From contig CAXQZU010000030.1 in NCBI GenBank assembly GCA_964228555.1, positions 61,649 through 125,648 of the forward strand: a stretch of 64,000 nt of DNA, read 5' to 3'. Under the pieces are notes generated by a model. The model was not told the origin of the DNA, did no database searches, and was given only the letters and a program-made list of their open reading frames with translations. The DNA is from Planctomycetota bacterium (GTDB taxonomy: Bacteria > Planctomycetota > PLA2 > JAEUHO01). Each line of letters starts with the position of its first letter. Position 1 is the stretch's first letter. A program made the translations under genes and the position numbers. Shown in pieces: positions 39,255 to 49,154 of this stretch.

Positions 39255-41300
39255 TCAAGACCGGGCGCGGGCGAGCGCCGCAACCGCCGCCTTGGCCACG
39301 TTCTCCGGCGTGAAGCCCAGCTCCTGGAACAGGCGCCCCGCCGGCGCCGAGGCCCCGAAGCGGTCCAGGGTCACCAGGGCGCCCTCCGAGCCCACCCAGC
39401 GCTCCCAGCCCAGCGAGGCAGCGGCCTCGATGCCCACGCGCACGGTGCCAGGCCCCAGCACAGCCTCCCGCTCTGCGGCAGGCAGGCGCCCGAACACGTC
39501 CCACGCCGGCAGGGACACCACGCGGGCGGGATGGCCCTGCTGGGCCAGCCGGTCGGCGGCAGCCAGGGCCAATTCCACCTCGCTGCCCGTGGCCACCAGC
39601 GTCAGCACGGCGCCGGGCACCTCGCGCAGCACGTAGCCGCCGCGCCGCAGCCCGGCCGCCGGGGCCACCTGCGTGCGGTCCAGCGTGGCCAGCGCCTGGC
39701 GCGTGAGCACGAGGGCCGTGGGCCCCTGTCGCTCCAGGGCCAGCCGCCAGGCCTCCGCAGTCTCGTTGGCGTCGCAGGGGCGCACCACCGTCAGCCCCGG
39801 GATGGCGCGCAAGCCGGCCAGCTGCTCGATGGGCTGGTGCGTGGGGCCGTCCTCGCCCACGCCCACCGAGTCGTGCGTGAACACGTAGATCACCGGCAGG
39901 CGCATCAGCGCCGCAAGCCGGATGGCCGGCTTCATGTAGTCGCTGAAGATCAGGAAGGTGGCCCCGAAGGGACGCCAGCCGCCGTGCAGCGCCATGCCGT
40001 TGAGCACCGACCCCATGCCGTGCTCGCGCACCCCGAAGTGCACCGTGCGCCCCGCGTGCTGGCCGCGCTGGATCTCGCCCAGGCCGGGCAGGGCCGTGTT
40101 GTTGGAGCCGGCGAGGTCGGCCGAGCCCCCGACCAGCTCGGGCAGCCGCTGCGCCACGGCCTGCAGCACCTTGCCGCTGGCCTGGCGGGTGGCCATCTTC
40201 GTGCCGGGGGTGAACGCGGGCAGCGCGCTGTCCCAGCCGGCGGGCAGCCGCCCGCCCAGCACGCGGTCGAGTTCCTCGGCCAGCTGGGGATGCGCAGCGC
40301 GGTAGGCCACGAGCCGCTGCTCCCATGCCGACACCTCGGCCGCGCCCCGTGCGCCGGCCGACCGCATGTGCGCGACCACGTCCTCGGGCACGTGGAAGGC
40401 GGCGTCCTCCGGCCAGCCCAGCGAGCGCTTGACCGCGCGGATCTCGCTGTCGCCCAGCGGCGCGCCGTGCGCCTCCGAGGTGTCCTCCTTCGTGGGTGCG
40501 CCGGGCGCGATGCGCGTTCGGCAGATCACCAGCGTGGGCTTGTCGGCCACGCGCGCCTGCTCGGCGGCCTCGGCATAGGCCGTCCACGGAGCATCCAGCG
40601 CCACGTGCAGCACGTTCCAGCCGTAGGCGCGGAAACGCCCCCCCACGTCTTCCGTGAAGGAGAGGTCCGTGCGGCCGTCAATCGTGATGCGGTTGTCGTC
40701 GTAGAACACGCACAGGCGCGAGAGGCCGAGGTGGCCTGCGAGGCTGGCGGCCTCGGCGCTCACGCCTTCCATGAGGTCGCCGTCGCTGGCGATCACCCAC
40801 GTGCGGTGGTCCACCACCTCGTGACCGGGCCGGTTGAAGCGCGCCGCCAGCATGCGCTCGGCGAGGGCCATGCCCACGGCGTTGCCGATGCCCTGGCCCA
40901 GGGGGCCCGTGGTGGTCTCCACGCCCTCGCACTCGCCCAGCTCGGGGTGCCCGGCGGCGGGGCTGTGCCACTGGCGGAAGGCGCGGATGTGATCCAGCCC
41001 CAGCGGGTAGCCCGTCAGGTGCAGCGCGCCGTAGAGCAGCATGCTGGCGTGGCCGCACGAGAGGATGAAGCGGTCGCGGTCGGGCCAGCGCGGATGCGCG
41101 GCGCTGTAGCGCATGGTGCGCGTCCACAGGGCATAGGCCAGGGGCGAGAGCGCCATGGGCGTGCCGGGGTGCCCGCTCTTGGCCTGCTCCACGGCATCCA
41201 TGGCCAGCGTCTTGAGGGCCGCGATGGAGCGTTCGGCCAGCCGGCGCTGGTCGGCGTCCAGGCTGCTGGGGCGGGGAGACGTCATGGACTCGGGGCTCAC
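39255..41300 (-). CDS. tkt: Transketolase
   Basis: TPP-binding GHPG/GDG motifs (SGHPGTPMAL and VIASDGDLMEG), the pyrimidine-binding domain and the C-terminal domain. About 680 aa. The true start is probably MTSPR at 41285. Confidence 0.95.
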   Translation of the reverse strand: MSPESMTSPRPSSLDADQRRLAERSIAALKTLAMDAVEQAKSGHPGTPMALSPLAYALWTRTMRYSAAHPRWPDRDRFILSCGHASMLLYGALHLTGYPLGLDHIRAFRQWHSPAAGHPELGECEGVETTTGPLGQGIGNAVGMALAERMLAARFNRPGHEVVDHRTWVIASDGDLMEGVSAEAASLAGHLGLSRLCVFYDDNRITIDGRTDLSFTEDVGGRFRAYGWNVLHVALDAPWTAYAEAAEQARVADKPTLVICRTRIAPGAPTKEDTSEAHGAPLGDSEIRAVKRSLGWPEDAAFHVPEDVVAHMRSAGARGAAEVSAWEQRLVAYRAAHPQLAEELDRVLGGRLPAGWDSALPAFTPGTKMATRQASGKVLQAVAQRLPELVGGSADLAGSNNTALPGLGEIQRGQHAGRTVHFGVREHGMGSVLNGMALHGGWRPFGATFLIFSDYMKPAIRLAALMRLPVIYVFTHDSVGVGEDGPTHQPIEQLAGLRAIPGLTVVRPCDANETAEAWRLALERQGPTALVLTRQALATLDRTQVAPAAGLRRGGYVLREVPGAVLTLVATGSEVELALAAADRLAQQGHPARVVSLPAWDVFGRLPAAEREAVLGPGTVRVGIEAAASLGWERWVGSEGALVTLDRFGASAPAGRLFQELGFTPENVAKAAVAALARARS

Positions 41301-41391
41301 GCGCCACCTCCGCAGGCTCCGCGCGGACAGGCGGCTCCGGCCGCGCGGCGGCGGATTCTAGGGCCGGGGGTCCGACAGCGCCGGGCCCGCC

Positions 41392-42795
41392 TCAACGCCC
41401 CTCGACCGGTGCCGACCCATCGCCGGTGACCGCCGCCGGCGGCGCCAGCGGCACGGGGGGCACGCGCGTGGCCCGCTTGAGGAACAGCAAGGCAAAGCAG
41501 GTCTGCGTGATGGCGCTCTCCGTGCTGTCGGCCGGCTTGCCGGAGGCTGCGGCCTCCAGCCAGCCGCCGTCGCCCTGCTGGGCCGCCAGCAGGTGCTCTG
41601 CCCCCTCGCGGTACCAGTCGCGCGTGCCCAGCCACGGCAAGCCCAGCTTGGTGCCCGCTCGCTCCAGCCCGTAGAGGTAGTAGTAGTGCCAGTGCGGCTG
41701 CTCGTCGGGATTGGTGTGCACCTGGAAGTGCTCGGAGAGCCACGCCACGCCGTCGCGCAGGCTGCGGTCGATGCGCTTGCGCAGGTCCATGGGCAGGCGC
41801 TCGGCGGCCCACAGGCGCTCCTTGCAGATCGCCACCACGGCCACGCCGGCCGTGGTCATGCTGCCCGTGGGCAGCGAGGCGTGCCCCGGCAGGTAGGTCC
41901 AGCCGCGCGCCTGCGCCCGGCCCGCCTCGCGGAAGCGCTTCTCGGGCGGGTCGCCGGGCTGCCAGGCCTCGTAGGGCAGCCACACGGGGGCGGGCAGGCC
42001 CTCCTGCTCCTGCTCGGAGAGCACGTGCTCGACCGCCCGCTGGAAGGACTCGGGGGGCACGGGAATGCCACAGCGCGCGGCCGCCTCCAGCGCCAGCAGG
42101 GCGTACTGCGTGTTGCTCAAGTCCGTGTCGCCGGGCTCGGAGTCCACCGGGTTGCCGGGATAGCGCCAGCCGCCGGTGGCGTGCTGCGAGCCGACGAGGA
42201 ACTCGACCAGCTCCACGATCCACTTGCGCACGCCGTCGGGGTACTTGCAGCGGGCCGGCTTGGGCGGGTCACCCTCGCCGTAGCGATCCTTGCGTGCCGG
42301 GGCGGGCTTGCCCTCGGGGCCGCGGTAGAGCGCATCCAGCGCCAGCACCAGCGTCGCGGCGGTGTAGACGGTGAGCGTGCCGTTGCCCTTGAGGTTCCAC
42401 GAGCCGTTGCCCCCGGCGTAGTGGAACTGGCACAGGCGCAGGCACTTCTTGATCGCGTCGTGCTCCGCCCCCAGGCCGCCATGCGAGAGGGTCAGCATGA
42501 CGAGGGCGTTCACCCCGACGTCCATCGGGTTGTACGCCTTGGGGTCGAGGCGGTCCGCGAAGCCCGGGTAGCCGCCGTCGGGCAGCTGTTGCCGCACCAG
42601 CCAGGCCGTCCCGCGCTCGATGGCCGCGGCCACGCGGGCGTCGAGGTCCGCCCGCGCCCGGGCCATGCGCGCCTCCTCGGCCGCCATGCGCGCCTTGCGC
42701 GCCGCAGCATCCTCCTCCGCGTGCAGGCACGCGCCGCCCAGCAGCAGCGCGGCCAGCAAGCAGCCCACCAGGTGCGCGCAAGCCATGCGGTGCAT
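41392..42795 (-). CDS. Secreted prenyltransferase/squalene-oxidase-repeat (alpha-alpha toroid) family protein
   Basis: Signal peptide MHRMACAHLVGCLLAALLLGGA. Repeated toroid units with the SNTQYALLAL and GGWR motifs. Track ORF start trimmed to an internal Met. Confidence 0.65.
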   Translation of the reverse strand: MHRMACAHLVGCLLAALLLGGACLHAEEDAAARKARMAAEEARMARARADLDARVAAAIERGTAWLVRQQLPDGGYPGFADRLDPKAYNPMDVGVNALVMLTLSHGGLGAEHDAIKKCLRLCQFHYAGGNGSWNLKGNGTLTVYTAATLVLALDALYRGPEGKPAPARKDRYGEGDPPKPARCKYPDGVRKWIVELVEFLVGSQHATGGWRYPGNPVDSEPGDTDLSNTQYALLALEAAARCGIPVPPESFQRAVEHVLSEQEQEGLPAPVWLPYEAWQPGDPPEKRFREAGRAQARGWTYLPGHASLPTGSMTTAGVAVVAICKERLWAAERLPMDLRKRIDRSLRDGVAWLSEHFQVHTNPDEQPHWHYYYLYGLERAGTKLGLPWLGTRDWYREGAEHLLAAQQGDGGWLEAAASGKPADSTESAITQTCFALLFLKRATRVPPVPLAPPAAVTGDGSAPVEGR

Positions 42796-42937
42796 GCCGC
42801 CTCCCGCAGCCACCCTACCCCGGGGCCCCGGCGCGGGGAACCGGCAGCCCGCGCCCGCGGCGCGCCCGGGGCACGGGCCCGGGAGGCCTGCGCCGGCGGG
42901 CCCGGCTGTACCTTGGCGGCTTCCCTGCGAGCGAGCC

Positions 42938-43201
42938 ATGGAAGCCACCCTCAAGCGACTCCCCCCCGGCGAGGCCTGGTGCTACCTGGGCGGGCAGCCC
43001 GGTGCCAAGGAGCCGCTGGACCTCGTGGTGCGCGCCTTCGAGGGGTCGGTGCTCGTGGCCGTGGGCGACAACGACCGGGCCCCCGACACGGAGCCGGTGC
43101 TGGTGCCTGCGGGACAAGGCCGGCGCATGTGCGGCTTCCACTTCTTCGCGCGCGCGGCCGCGCCCGCGGCTGGCGCCCTCGTGAGCGTGCGCGGCCTCTA
43201 G
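42938..43201 (+). CDS. Small hypothetical protein (87 aa)
   Basis: ATG ORF in the divergent region, ending 8 nt before the TolC gene. GC3-rich codon use. No recognisable motif. Confidence 0.35.
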   Translation: MEATLKRLPPGEAWCYLGGQPGAKEPLDLVVRAFEGSVLVAVGDNDRAPDTEPVLVPAGQGRRMCGFHFFARAAAPAAGALVSVRGL

Positions 43202-43208
43202 GCAACGC

Positions 43209-44873
43209 ATGCAGCGCGCCGCCCTCGCCGTGCTGCTGCTGGGGGTGGCGGGCTGTCGCGCCCACTCGCTGGAGTCCGCCGACCGTGAGGCCGCAGGCAT
43301 CGTGGCAGCCGGGCGTGCCCTCGTGCCGGACGTGCGCGGCTCCCTGTCGCTGGACAGCATGGAGAGCAACGCCGCCCGCACGCGCTCGGCCTACGCGCCG
43401 GGCGAGGCGCGGCGGATCTCGCACCGCGCGGCCCTCGAGGCGGCCACCCTCGCCAGCCGCGACCTGCGCGTGGAGCGCGAGGACGTGATGCTGGCTGCGC
43501 TGGCCCTGAGCACGGTGCGCCACGACCACGAGGTGCAGCCGCTGGCAGGCGCGGGCGGCTCCCTGGAGGACGTGGACGGTGCGCGCACCGTGTCCGGGGC
43601 TCCCACCGCAGGGCTGCGCCAGGCGCGGGAGCGCGGCGGCAACGTGGCGCTGGCGCTGGCGCAGGACTTCCTCTTCAACGTGGGCGGCAGCCCGCTGCGC
43701 GCGGCCCAGTCGCTGCTGGCGCTGGACCTGCTGCTGCCCATGTCGCGCGGGGCAGGCTGGGTGGCCCGCGAGCGGCTCACGCAGGCCGAGCGCGACGTGG
43801 TCTACGCCTTGCGGGCCTACGCGTTCTTCCAGCAGCAGCTGGTGCTCCAGGTGTCCACGGCCTACTACCGCACGCTGCAGGCGCAGGACACCTGGCAGAA
43901 CGAGGAAGGCACCTACCAGAGCCTGCTGGCCTTCGAGGCCCGGCAGCGCGCCCACGGACGCGAGGGGGCGGGCCGCATCCCGGAGTTCCAGGTCGAGCAG
44001 GCGCGGCAGGACACGCTGCGTGCCGACGACCGCCGCCAGCGTGCGCGCGTGGACTACGAGGAGGCGCTCGACGAGCTCAAGCTGCTGCTGGGGCTGCCGG
44101 TGGATGCGTCCCTCGAGCCGGACCCTGACGACCTCGTGCGGCTGCGCGCGGCGGGCCCGGCGGCGGCCCCCTCCGACCCGGCCGCCGCACAGGGCGAGGC
44201 GCTCGCGCGGCGGCTGGACCTGCGCAACGCCCGCGACCAGGTGGACGACGCCGAGCGCCGGGTGCTGGTGGCGCGCAACGGCATGGGCCCGCAGGTGGAC
44301 CTCGCGCTAGGCGCCAGCCTCGAGACAGGCGGCAACCAGCCGTGGAACCTGCGCGAGGCCAGCCGGCGGCTGGAGCTGGGCCTTGCGCTGGACCTGCCGC
44401 TGGACCGCATCGAGGAGCGCAACGCCTGGCGCGCTTCCGTGCTGCAGGGCGTGCGCGCGCTGCGCAGCCTGCAGGGCCTGGAGGACCGCGTGGTGCGCGA
44501 GGTGCGCACGGCCTTCCGGCGCCTCGCCGAGGCCGAGCGCTCCTACGCAATCCAGCGGGAGGGCGTGCGCCTGGCCGAGCGCCGCGCGGAGAGCACGCGC
44601 CTGCTCCTCGAGGCCGGGCAGGCCCAGACACGCGACGTGCTGGACGCCCAGAACGACCTGGTCAACGCCCAGAACGCGCTCACGCGCGCACTCGTGGACC
44701 ACGCCATCGCGCGGCTGGGCCTCGACCTCGCCGTGGGCGCCCTGGACGTGGAGGCCACCGCCTCGCTGGCGAGCACGCCCGCAGCAGGGACCGCCGCCCT
44801 CCCGGCCCAGCCCCCGGTGCCGGCCCCCTCCGCACCGGCCGGCGGCGCCAGCACGCCCCCCCCCACGAGGTGA
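43209..44873 (+). CDS. TolC-family outer membrane efflux protein
   Basis: Signal peptide and two repeated coiled-coil/beta-barrel halves with the OEP pattern. It sits first in an operon with an HlyD adaptor and a MacB-like ABC transporter. Confidence 0.8.
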   Translation: MQRAALAVLLLGVAGCRAHSLESADREAAGIVAAGRALVPDVRGSLSLDSMESNAARTRSAYAPGEARRISHRAALEAATLASRDLRVEREDVMLAALALSTVRHDHEVQPLAGAGGSLEDVDGARTVSGAPTAGLRQARERGGNVALALAQDFLFNVGGSPLRAAQSLLALDLLLPMSRGAGWVARERLTQAERDVVYALRAYAFFQQQLVLQVSTAYYRTLQAQDTWQNEEGTYQSLLAFEARQRAHGREGAGRIPEFQVEQARQDTLRADDRRQRARVDYEEALDELKLLLGLPVDASLEPDPDDLVRLRAAGPAAAPSDPAAAQGEALARRLDLRNARDQVDDAERRVLVARNGMGPQVDLALGASLETGGNQPWNLREASRRLELGLALDLPLDRIEERNAWRASVLQGVRALRSLQGLEDRVVREVRTAFRRLAEAERSYAIQREGVRLAERRAESTRLLLEAGQAQTRDVLDAQNDLVNAQNALTRALVDHAIARLGLDLAVGALDVEATASLASTPAAGTAALPAQPPVPAPSAPAGGASTPPPTR

Positions 44874-44884
44874 GGACCGACCCC

Positions 44885-46615
44885 ATGCGCACGCGTTCCT
44901 TCCCGTGGTGGACCCTGCTGGCGCTCGCGGCGGTGGCTGCGCTGGGCTGGCTGGGTTGGCAGGGGCTGTCGCCGGCCACCGAGGCCCCGCCGCCCCCGCT
45001 GGCCACCGCGACGCGCGGCCTGCTGCGCATCACCGTGCTGGAGGCGGGCAGCCTCGAGGCCCTCAAGAGCACCACGGTCAGCAGCCAGGTCGAGGGGCAG
45101 GCCGCGATCATCTACCTGGTCGAGGAAGGCACCGTGCTGGGGCCTGACGACGTGCGTGCGGGCCGCGTGCTGGTCAAGCTGGACGCCAGCGACCTCGAGG
45201 AGCGCATCTCCAAGCAGCTCATCGACGTGCAGGCCGCCCGCGCGGCCAAGGTCAACGCCGAGGCCAGCCTCTCCATCCAGCAGCAGGAGGACGCCAGCAA
45301 GGAGCGGCAGGCCGCCCTCAAGGTGGAGTTCGCCGACCTCGACCTCAACCGCTACGTGGGCGGCGAGGTGGCCGCCCGCCTCGAGAAGGCGCGCCGGGAC
45401 GTGCTGGACGGGACGTCCCGCGAGGAAGACCTCGAGCGCGCGTTGCGCTCCGCGCTGGAGGACCCGGCCCTCAAGGGCGAGGCGCAGCAGCGGCTGCGCC
45501 AGCTCAACAGCGACATCTCGCTGGCTGCGGAGGACCTCAAGCGGGCCCAGGTGAAGTGGGAGTGGAGCCGCCGCCTGCTGGAGCGGGACTTCGTCAGCCG
45601 CGACGAGGAAGACGCCGACCGGCTGGCGCTGGAACGCCGCACCATCGAGCTGGAGCGCACGCGCACGGCGCAGGCCCAGTACGCCACCTATGACTTCGCC
45701 AAGGAGGTGACGCGGCTGTTGAGCGAGCGGGTCGAGGCCGAGGGCGAGCTGGCTCGCGTGCGCGAGCGTGCCCTCGCCGCGCAGGCCCGCGCGCAGGCCG
45801 AGCTGGCCTCCAAGCGCGAGCAGGAATCGCTGCAGGAGGCACGCTACGTGAAGTACCTCGCCCAGCGCGAGGCCTGCGTGATCAAGGCGACGCAGCCGGG
45901 CCTCGTGCTCTACGCCAGCAGCGGCGGCGACAACCGCTGGGGCAACGAGGAGCGCATCCGCGAGGGCGTGCAGGTGCGCGAGCGCCAGCCCATCCTCACG
46001 CTGCCCGACCTCGACCAGATGGGCGCACGCGTCAACATCCACGAGAGCGTGGTGGACAAGGTGCGGCCCGGCCAGCGCGTCACGGTCACCGTGGATGCCA
46101 TGCCCGAGCAGCCGGTGGGCGGCTCGGTGGAGAGCGTCAAGACGCTGCCCAACCCGGCGGACCGCTGGATGAACCCCGACCTCAAGGTGTACGCCACCCT
46201 GCTGCGGCTGGACAGCGTGCTGCCCGGCATGCGGCCCGGCATGAGCGTGAAGGCCGAGATCCTCGTGGCGGAGGAGGCCGACGTGGTGCAGGTGCCCGTG
46301 CAGGCCGTGGGCGGTCCGGCGGGACGGCCCAGCGTGTGGGTCTGGGATGGCGCGCAGGCGCGCGAGCGGCGCGTGGAGCTGGGCGCAGGCAACGATCGCT
46401 TCGTGGCCGTGGCCTCGGGCCTGCAGGCCGGCGAGCGCGTGCTGCTGGCGCCCCCGCGCGCTGCCCCGGCCCCCGCAGCGCAGGAAGCCGGGGGCGGCGG
46501 GCCTGCCGCCGGCGAGCGCCCGGGCGGCGCGGGCAAGGGCCGCAACGGTCCCCGCCAGGGCACGCCGCGACCCGAGGCCGGCGACGGCAGCGCCTCCGCC
46601 CCGGCGGCACGGTGA
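44885..46615 (+). CDS. HlyD-family periplasmic adaptor (membrane fusion protein), long coiled-coil type
   Basis: N-terminal TM anchor, a long Ala/Glu/Arg coiled coil, and a C-terminal beta-barrel/lipoyl segment RVNIHESVVDKVRPGQRVTVTVDAMP. Confidence 0.85.
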   Translation: MRTRSFPWWTLLALAAVAALGWLGWQGLSPATEAPPPPLATATRGLLRITVLEAGSLEALKSTTVSSQVEGQAAIIYLVEEGTVLGPDDVRAGRVLVKLDASDLEERISKQLIDVQAARAAKVNAEASLSIQQQEDASKERQAALKVEFADLDLNRYVGGEVAARLEKARRDVLDGTSREEDLERALRSALEDPALKGEAQQRLRQLNSDISLAAEDLKRAQVKWEWSRRLLERDFVSRDEEDADRLALERRTIELERTRTAQAQYATYDFAKEVTRLLSERVEAEGELARVRERALAAQARAQAELASKREQESLQEARYVKYLAQREACVIKATQPGLVLYASSGGDNRWGNEERIREGVQVRERQPILTLPDLDQMGARVNIHESVVDKVRPGQRVTVTVDAMPEQPVGGSVESVKTLPNPADRWMNPDLKVYATLLRLDSVLPGMRPGMSVKAEILVAEEADVVQVPVQAVGGPAGRPSVWVWDGAQARERRVELGAGNDRFVAVASGLQAGERVLLAPPRAAPAPAAQEAGGGGPAAGERPGGAGKGRNGPRQGTPRPEAGDGSASAPAAR

Positions 46616-46625
46616 CTGCGCCCGC

Positions 46626-47330
46626 ATGACGGCGCCGCTGGCCGCCCGCCTCGAGCATGTCTCGCGCGTCTATGCGACGGGCGAGGCGCAGGTGCGCGCG
46701 CTCGACGACGTGACACTGGACTTCCCGGCCGGCTCCTACAGCGCGATCGTGGGACAGTCCGGATCGGGCAAGTCCACGCTGCTCAACGTGCTGGGCCTGC
46801 TGGACCGCCCCACCGGGGGCCGCTACCTGCTGGGCGGCGAGGACGTCTCCGCGCTGGGCGACGACCGGATCTCGCAAGCCCGGGGACGGCGGCTGGGCTT
46901 CGTGTTCCAGTCCTTCCACCTGATCCCGCACCTCACGGTGCTCGAGAACATCGAGGTGCCGATGGAGTACGCCGGCGTGCCGGCGGCCGCCATGCGCGAG
47001 CGTGCGCTGGAGCTGGCCGGACGCATGGGCCTCCGCCACCGCCTCGACCACCGGCCCACGCAGCTCTCCGGCGGGCAGCAGCAGCGCGTCGCCATCGCGC
47101 GCGCGCTGGCCAATCGCCCGCTGGTCCTGCTGGCCGACGAGCCGACGGGCAACCTCGACAGCGCCACGGGGCTGGAGATCCTCGCCCTGCTCGACGAGCT
47201 GCACGCGCAGGGCACCACCCTCGTCGTGGTCACGCACGACCCCCACGTGGCCGCGCGCGCAGGGCGCGTGGTGCGCATGCTGGACGGCCGCGTCGAGTCG
47301 ATCACGGCCCGGCCAGGCGGTGCGGCATGA
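46626..47330 (+). CDS. macB: MacB/LolD-type ABC transporter ATP-binding protein
   Basis: Walker A GQSGSGKST, signature LSGGQQQRVAIARAL, Walker B LLADEPTGNLD. Confidence 0.9.
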   Translation: MTAPLAARLEHVSRVYATGEAQVRALDDVTLDFPAGSYSAIVGQSGSGKSTLLNVLGLLDRPTGGRYLLGGEDVSALGDDRISQARGRRLGFVFQSFHLIPHLTVLENIEVPMEYAGVPAAAMRERALELAGRMGLRHRLDHRPTQLSGGQQQRVAIARALANRPLVLLADEPTGNLDSATGLEILALLDELHAQGTTLVVVTHDPHVAARAGRVVRMLDGRVESITARPGGAA

Positions 47331-48592
47331 GGTTTGGCCGCCTGCTGCGCCTGGCCTGGAAGAGCCTGTGGCTGCACCGCCTGCGCTCGCTGCTCACCAT
47401 GCTCGGCATGCTGTTCGGCGTGGGCAGCGTGGTGGCCATGCTGGCCATCGGCGAGGGGGCGAGCCAGGACGCGCAGGCCCAGATCCGCCGCCTGGGCAGC
47501 CGCAACCTGCTGCTGGCCTCCATCGCCCCCCAGGCCTCCAGCAGTGCCTCGGAGCGCAACAGCACGGAGCTCCGCTACGGGTTGCTGCGCAGCGCCGAGC
47601 GGCGCATCGTGGAGACGGTGCCGGGGGTTGCCCGCGTGGTGCCGCGGCGCGACATCAAGGTCGAGGCGCGCTACGGGCCGCGCAAGTTCAGCACCGTGCT
47701 GCTGGGCACCACGCCCGACTACGCAGGGGTGGCCAACCTCCGGCTGGAGGCCGGACGCTTCCTGGCCGCGGCCGACGGGCTGGAGCGCCGCGGCGTGGTG
47801 GTGCTGGGCTCGGTGGCCGCCCAGCGGCTCTTCCTGGGCAGCGACCCGCTCGACCGGCTGGTGCGGGTGGGCAGCGACGCCTACCGCGTGGTGGGCGTGC
47901 TGGCCCAGCGGGGCGAGGGCACCGGCGGCACGGCCGGCACGGGCGGCGAGAGCGATGAGGCGCTGTACACGCCGCTGGAGACCGTCTCCGACCGCTTCGG
48001 GCGCAGCGTCGTGCACCGCACGGCGGGCGGTCGGCAGCGCGAGGCGGTGGAGCTGCACCGCATCACGGTGGAGGCCACCTCGCTGGAGCAGGTGCCGGTG
48101 GTGGCCGAGGCCCTGCGCGCCTTCCTCGAGCAGGCCCACCCCCGCGACGACGTGCGCCTCACGGTACCCCTCGAGCTGCTGCGCCAGGCCGAGGAGACCA
48201 AGCGCATCTTCACCGTGGTGCTGGGAAGCATGGCCGCCATCAGCCTGCTGGTGGGCGGCATCGGCATCATGAACATCATGCTGGCGACCGTGGTGGAGCG
48301 GACGCGCGAGATCGGCGTGCGCCGCGCGCTCGGGGCGCGACGCTCGCACATCGTCAGCCAGTTCCTCGTGGAGACGCTGGTGCTGGCCATGCTGGGCGGC
48401 CTCGTGGGCCTCGCGGCCGGCAAGGGCTTTGCCCACCTCGCGGCCTGGTTCGGCCGGGTGAGCGTGGTGATCACGCCAGCCTCGCTGGTGCTGGCCTTCG
48501 GCACCTGCCTGCTGGTGGGCCTCGTGTTCGGCATCTACCCCGCGCGGCGCGCCGCAGGCCTCGACCCGGTGGAGGCGTTGAGGCGCGAGTGA
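47327..48592 (+). CDS. MacB/FtsX-family ABC transporter permease
   Basis: Start overlaps the ATPase stop. It has an N-terminal TM helix, a large periplasmic domain, and a C-terminal FtsX 3-TM bundle. The consensus motif ALGA is conserved. Confidence 0.85.
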   Translation: MRFGRLLRLAWKSLWLHRLRSLLTMLGMLFGVGSVVAMLAIGEGASQDAQAQIRRLGSRNLLLASIAPQASSSASERNSTELRYGLLRSAERRIVETVPGVARVVPRRDIKVEARYGPRKFSTVLLGTTPDYAGVANLRLEAGRFLAAADGLERRGVVVLGSVAAQRLFLGSDPLDRLVRVGSDAYRVVGVLAQRGEGTGGTAGTGGESDEALYTPLETVSDRFGRSVVHRTAGGRQREAVELHRITVEATSLEQVPVVAEALRAFLEQAHPRDDVRLTVPLELLRQAEETKRIFTVVLGSMAAISLLVGGIGIMNIMLATVVERTREIGVRRALGARRSHIVSQFLVETLVLAMLGGLVGLAAGKGFAHLAAWFGRVSVVITPASLVLAFGTCLLVGLVFGIYPARRAAGLDPVEALRRE

Positions 48593-48602
48593 GAGCCCGC
48601 CC

Positions 48603-49097
48603 TCAGCGGGCCCCGTCCTCGCAGCCCAGCGCGTCGGGCACGATCTCGACGCGCACGCGCGCCGCGAGGTGCATCTCGCCCATCACGAGCGCGGGCTGCT
48701 CCACGAACAGCACGGTGGGCCCCAGGCCCGTGGCCCGCCGCTCCAGCGGCTGGCGCATCGCGCCCTCCAGCGGGACCCGCTCCGCCGTGGCCAGCGCCGG
48801 CAGGTGGCCAGGCTCGCCCGGGAGCGCCGCGCCCAGCCGGCCCCACACCAGCGTGGAGCGCACCCCCGGCGGCAGGTCCACCGTGAAGCGCAGCGTGGCC
48901 GCGCGGTCGACCGTGAAGCCGTACCACGCCCCGTGGCCCAGCAGGTCCAGGCGCGCCTCCAGCACCTGCGCGCTGCCCGCAGCGAGGCCCGCGGGCCCCG
49001 CGCCGGCCCGGCCTCCACGCTGCCAGGCCAGCCCGGCGGCCATGCCCGCGCCCAGCGCGGCCAGCACCAGCAGCACGGCAACGGGGGCACGCAGCAT
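48603..49097 (-). CDS. Hypothetical secreted protein (164 aa)
   Basis: Signal peptide MLRAPVAVLLVLAALGAGMAAG at the C-terminal end of a long track ORF. The upstream part of that ORF is antisense to leuS and is an artefact. Confidence 0.45.
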   Translation of the reverse strand: MLRAPVAVLLVLAALGAGMAAGLAWQRGGRAGAGPAGLAAGSAQVLEARLDLLGHGAWYGFTVDRAATLRFTVDLPPGVRSTLVWGRLGAALPGEPGHLPALATAERVPLEGAMRQPLERRATGLGPTVLFVEQPALVMGEMHLAARVRVEIVPDALGCEDGAR

Positions 49098-49154
49098 GAC
49101 CGAGTCGTACCTCCGGGAGCGTGCCCGTGCGAGGGAGAACAGGGCCCGAAGGGT

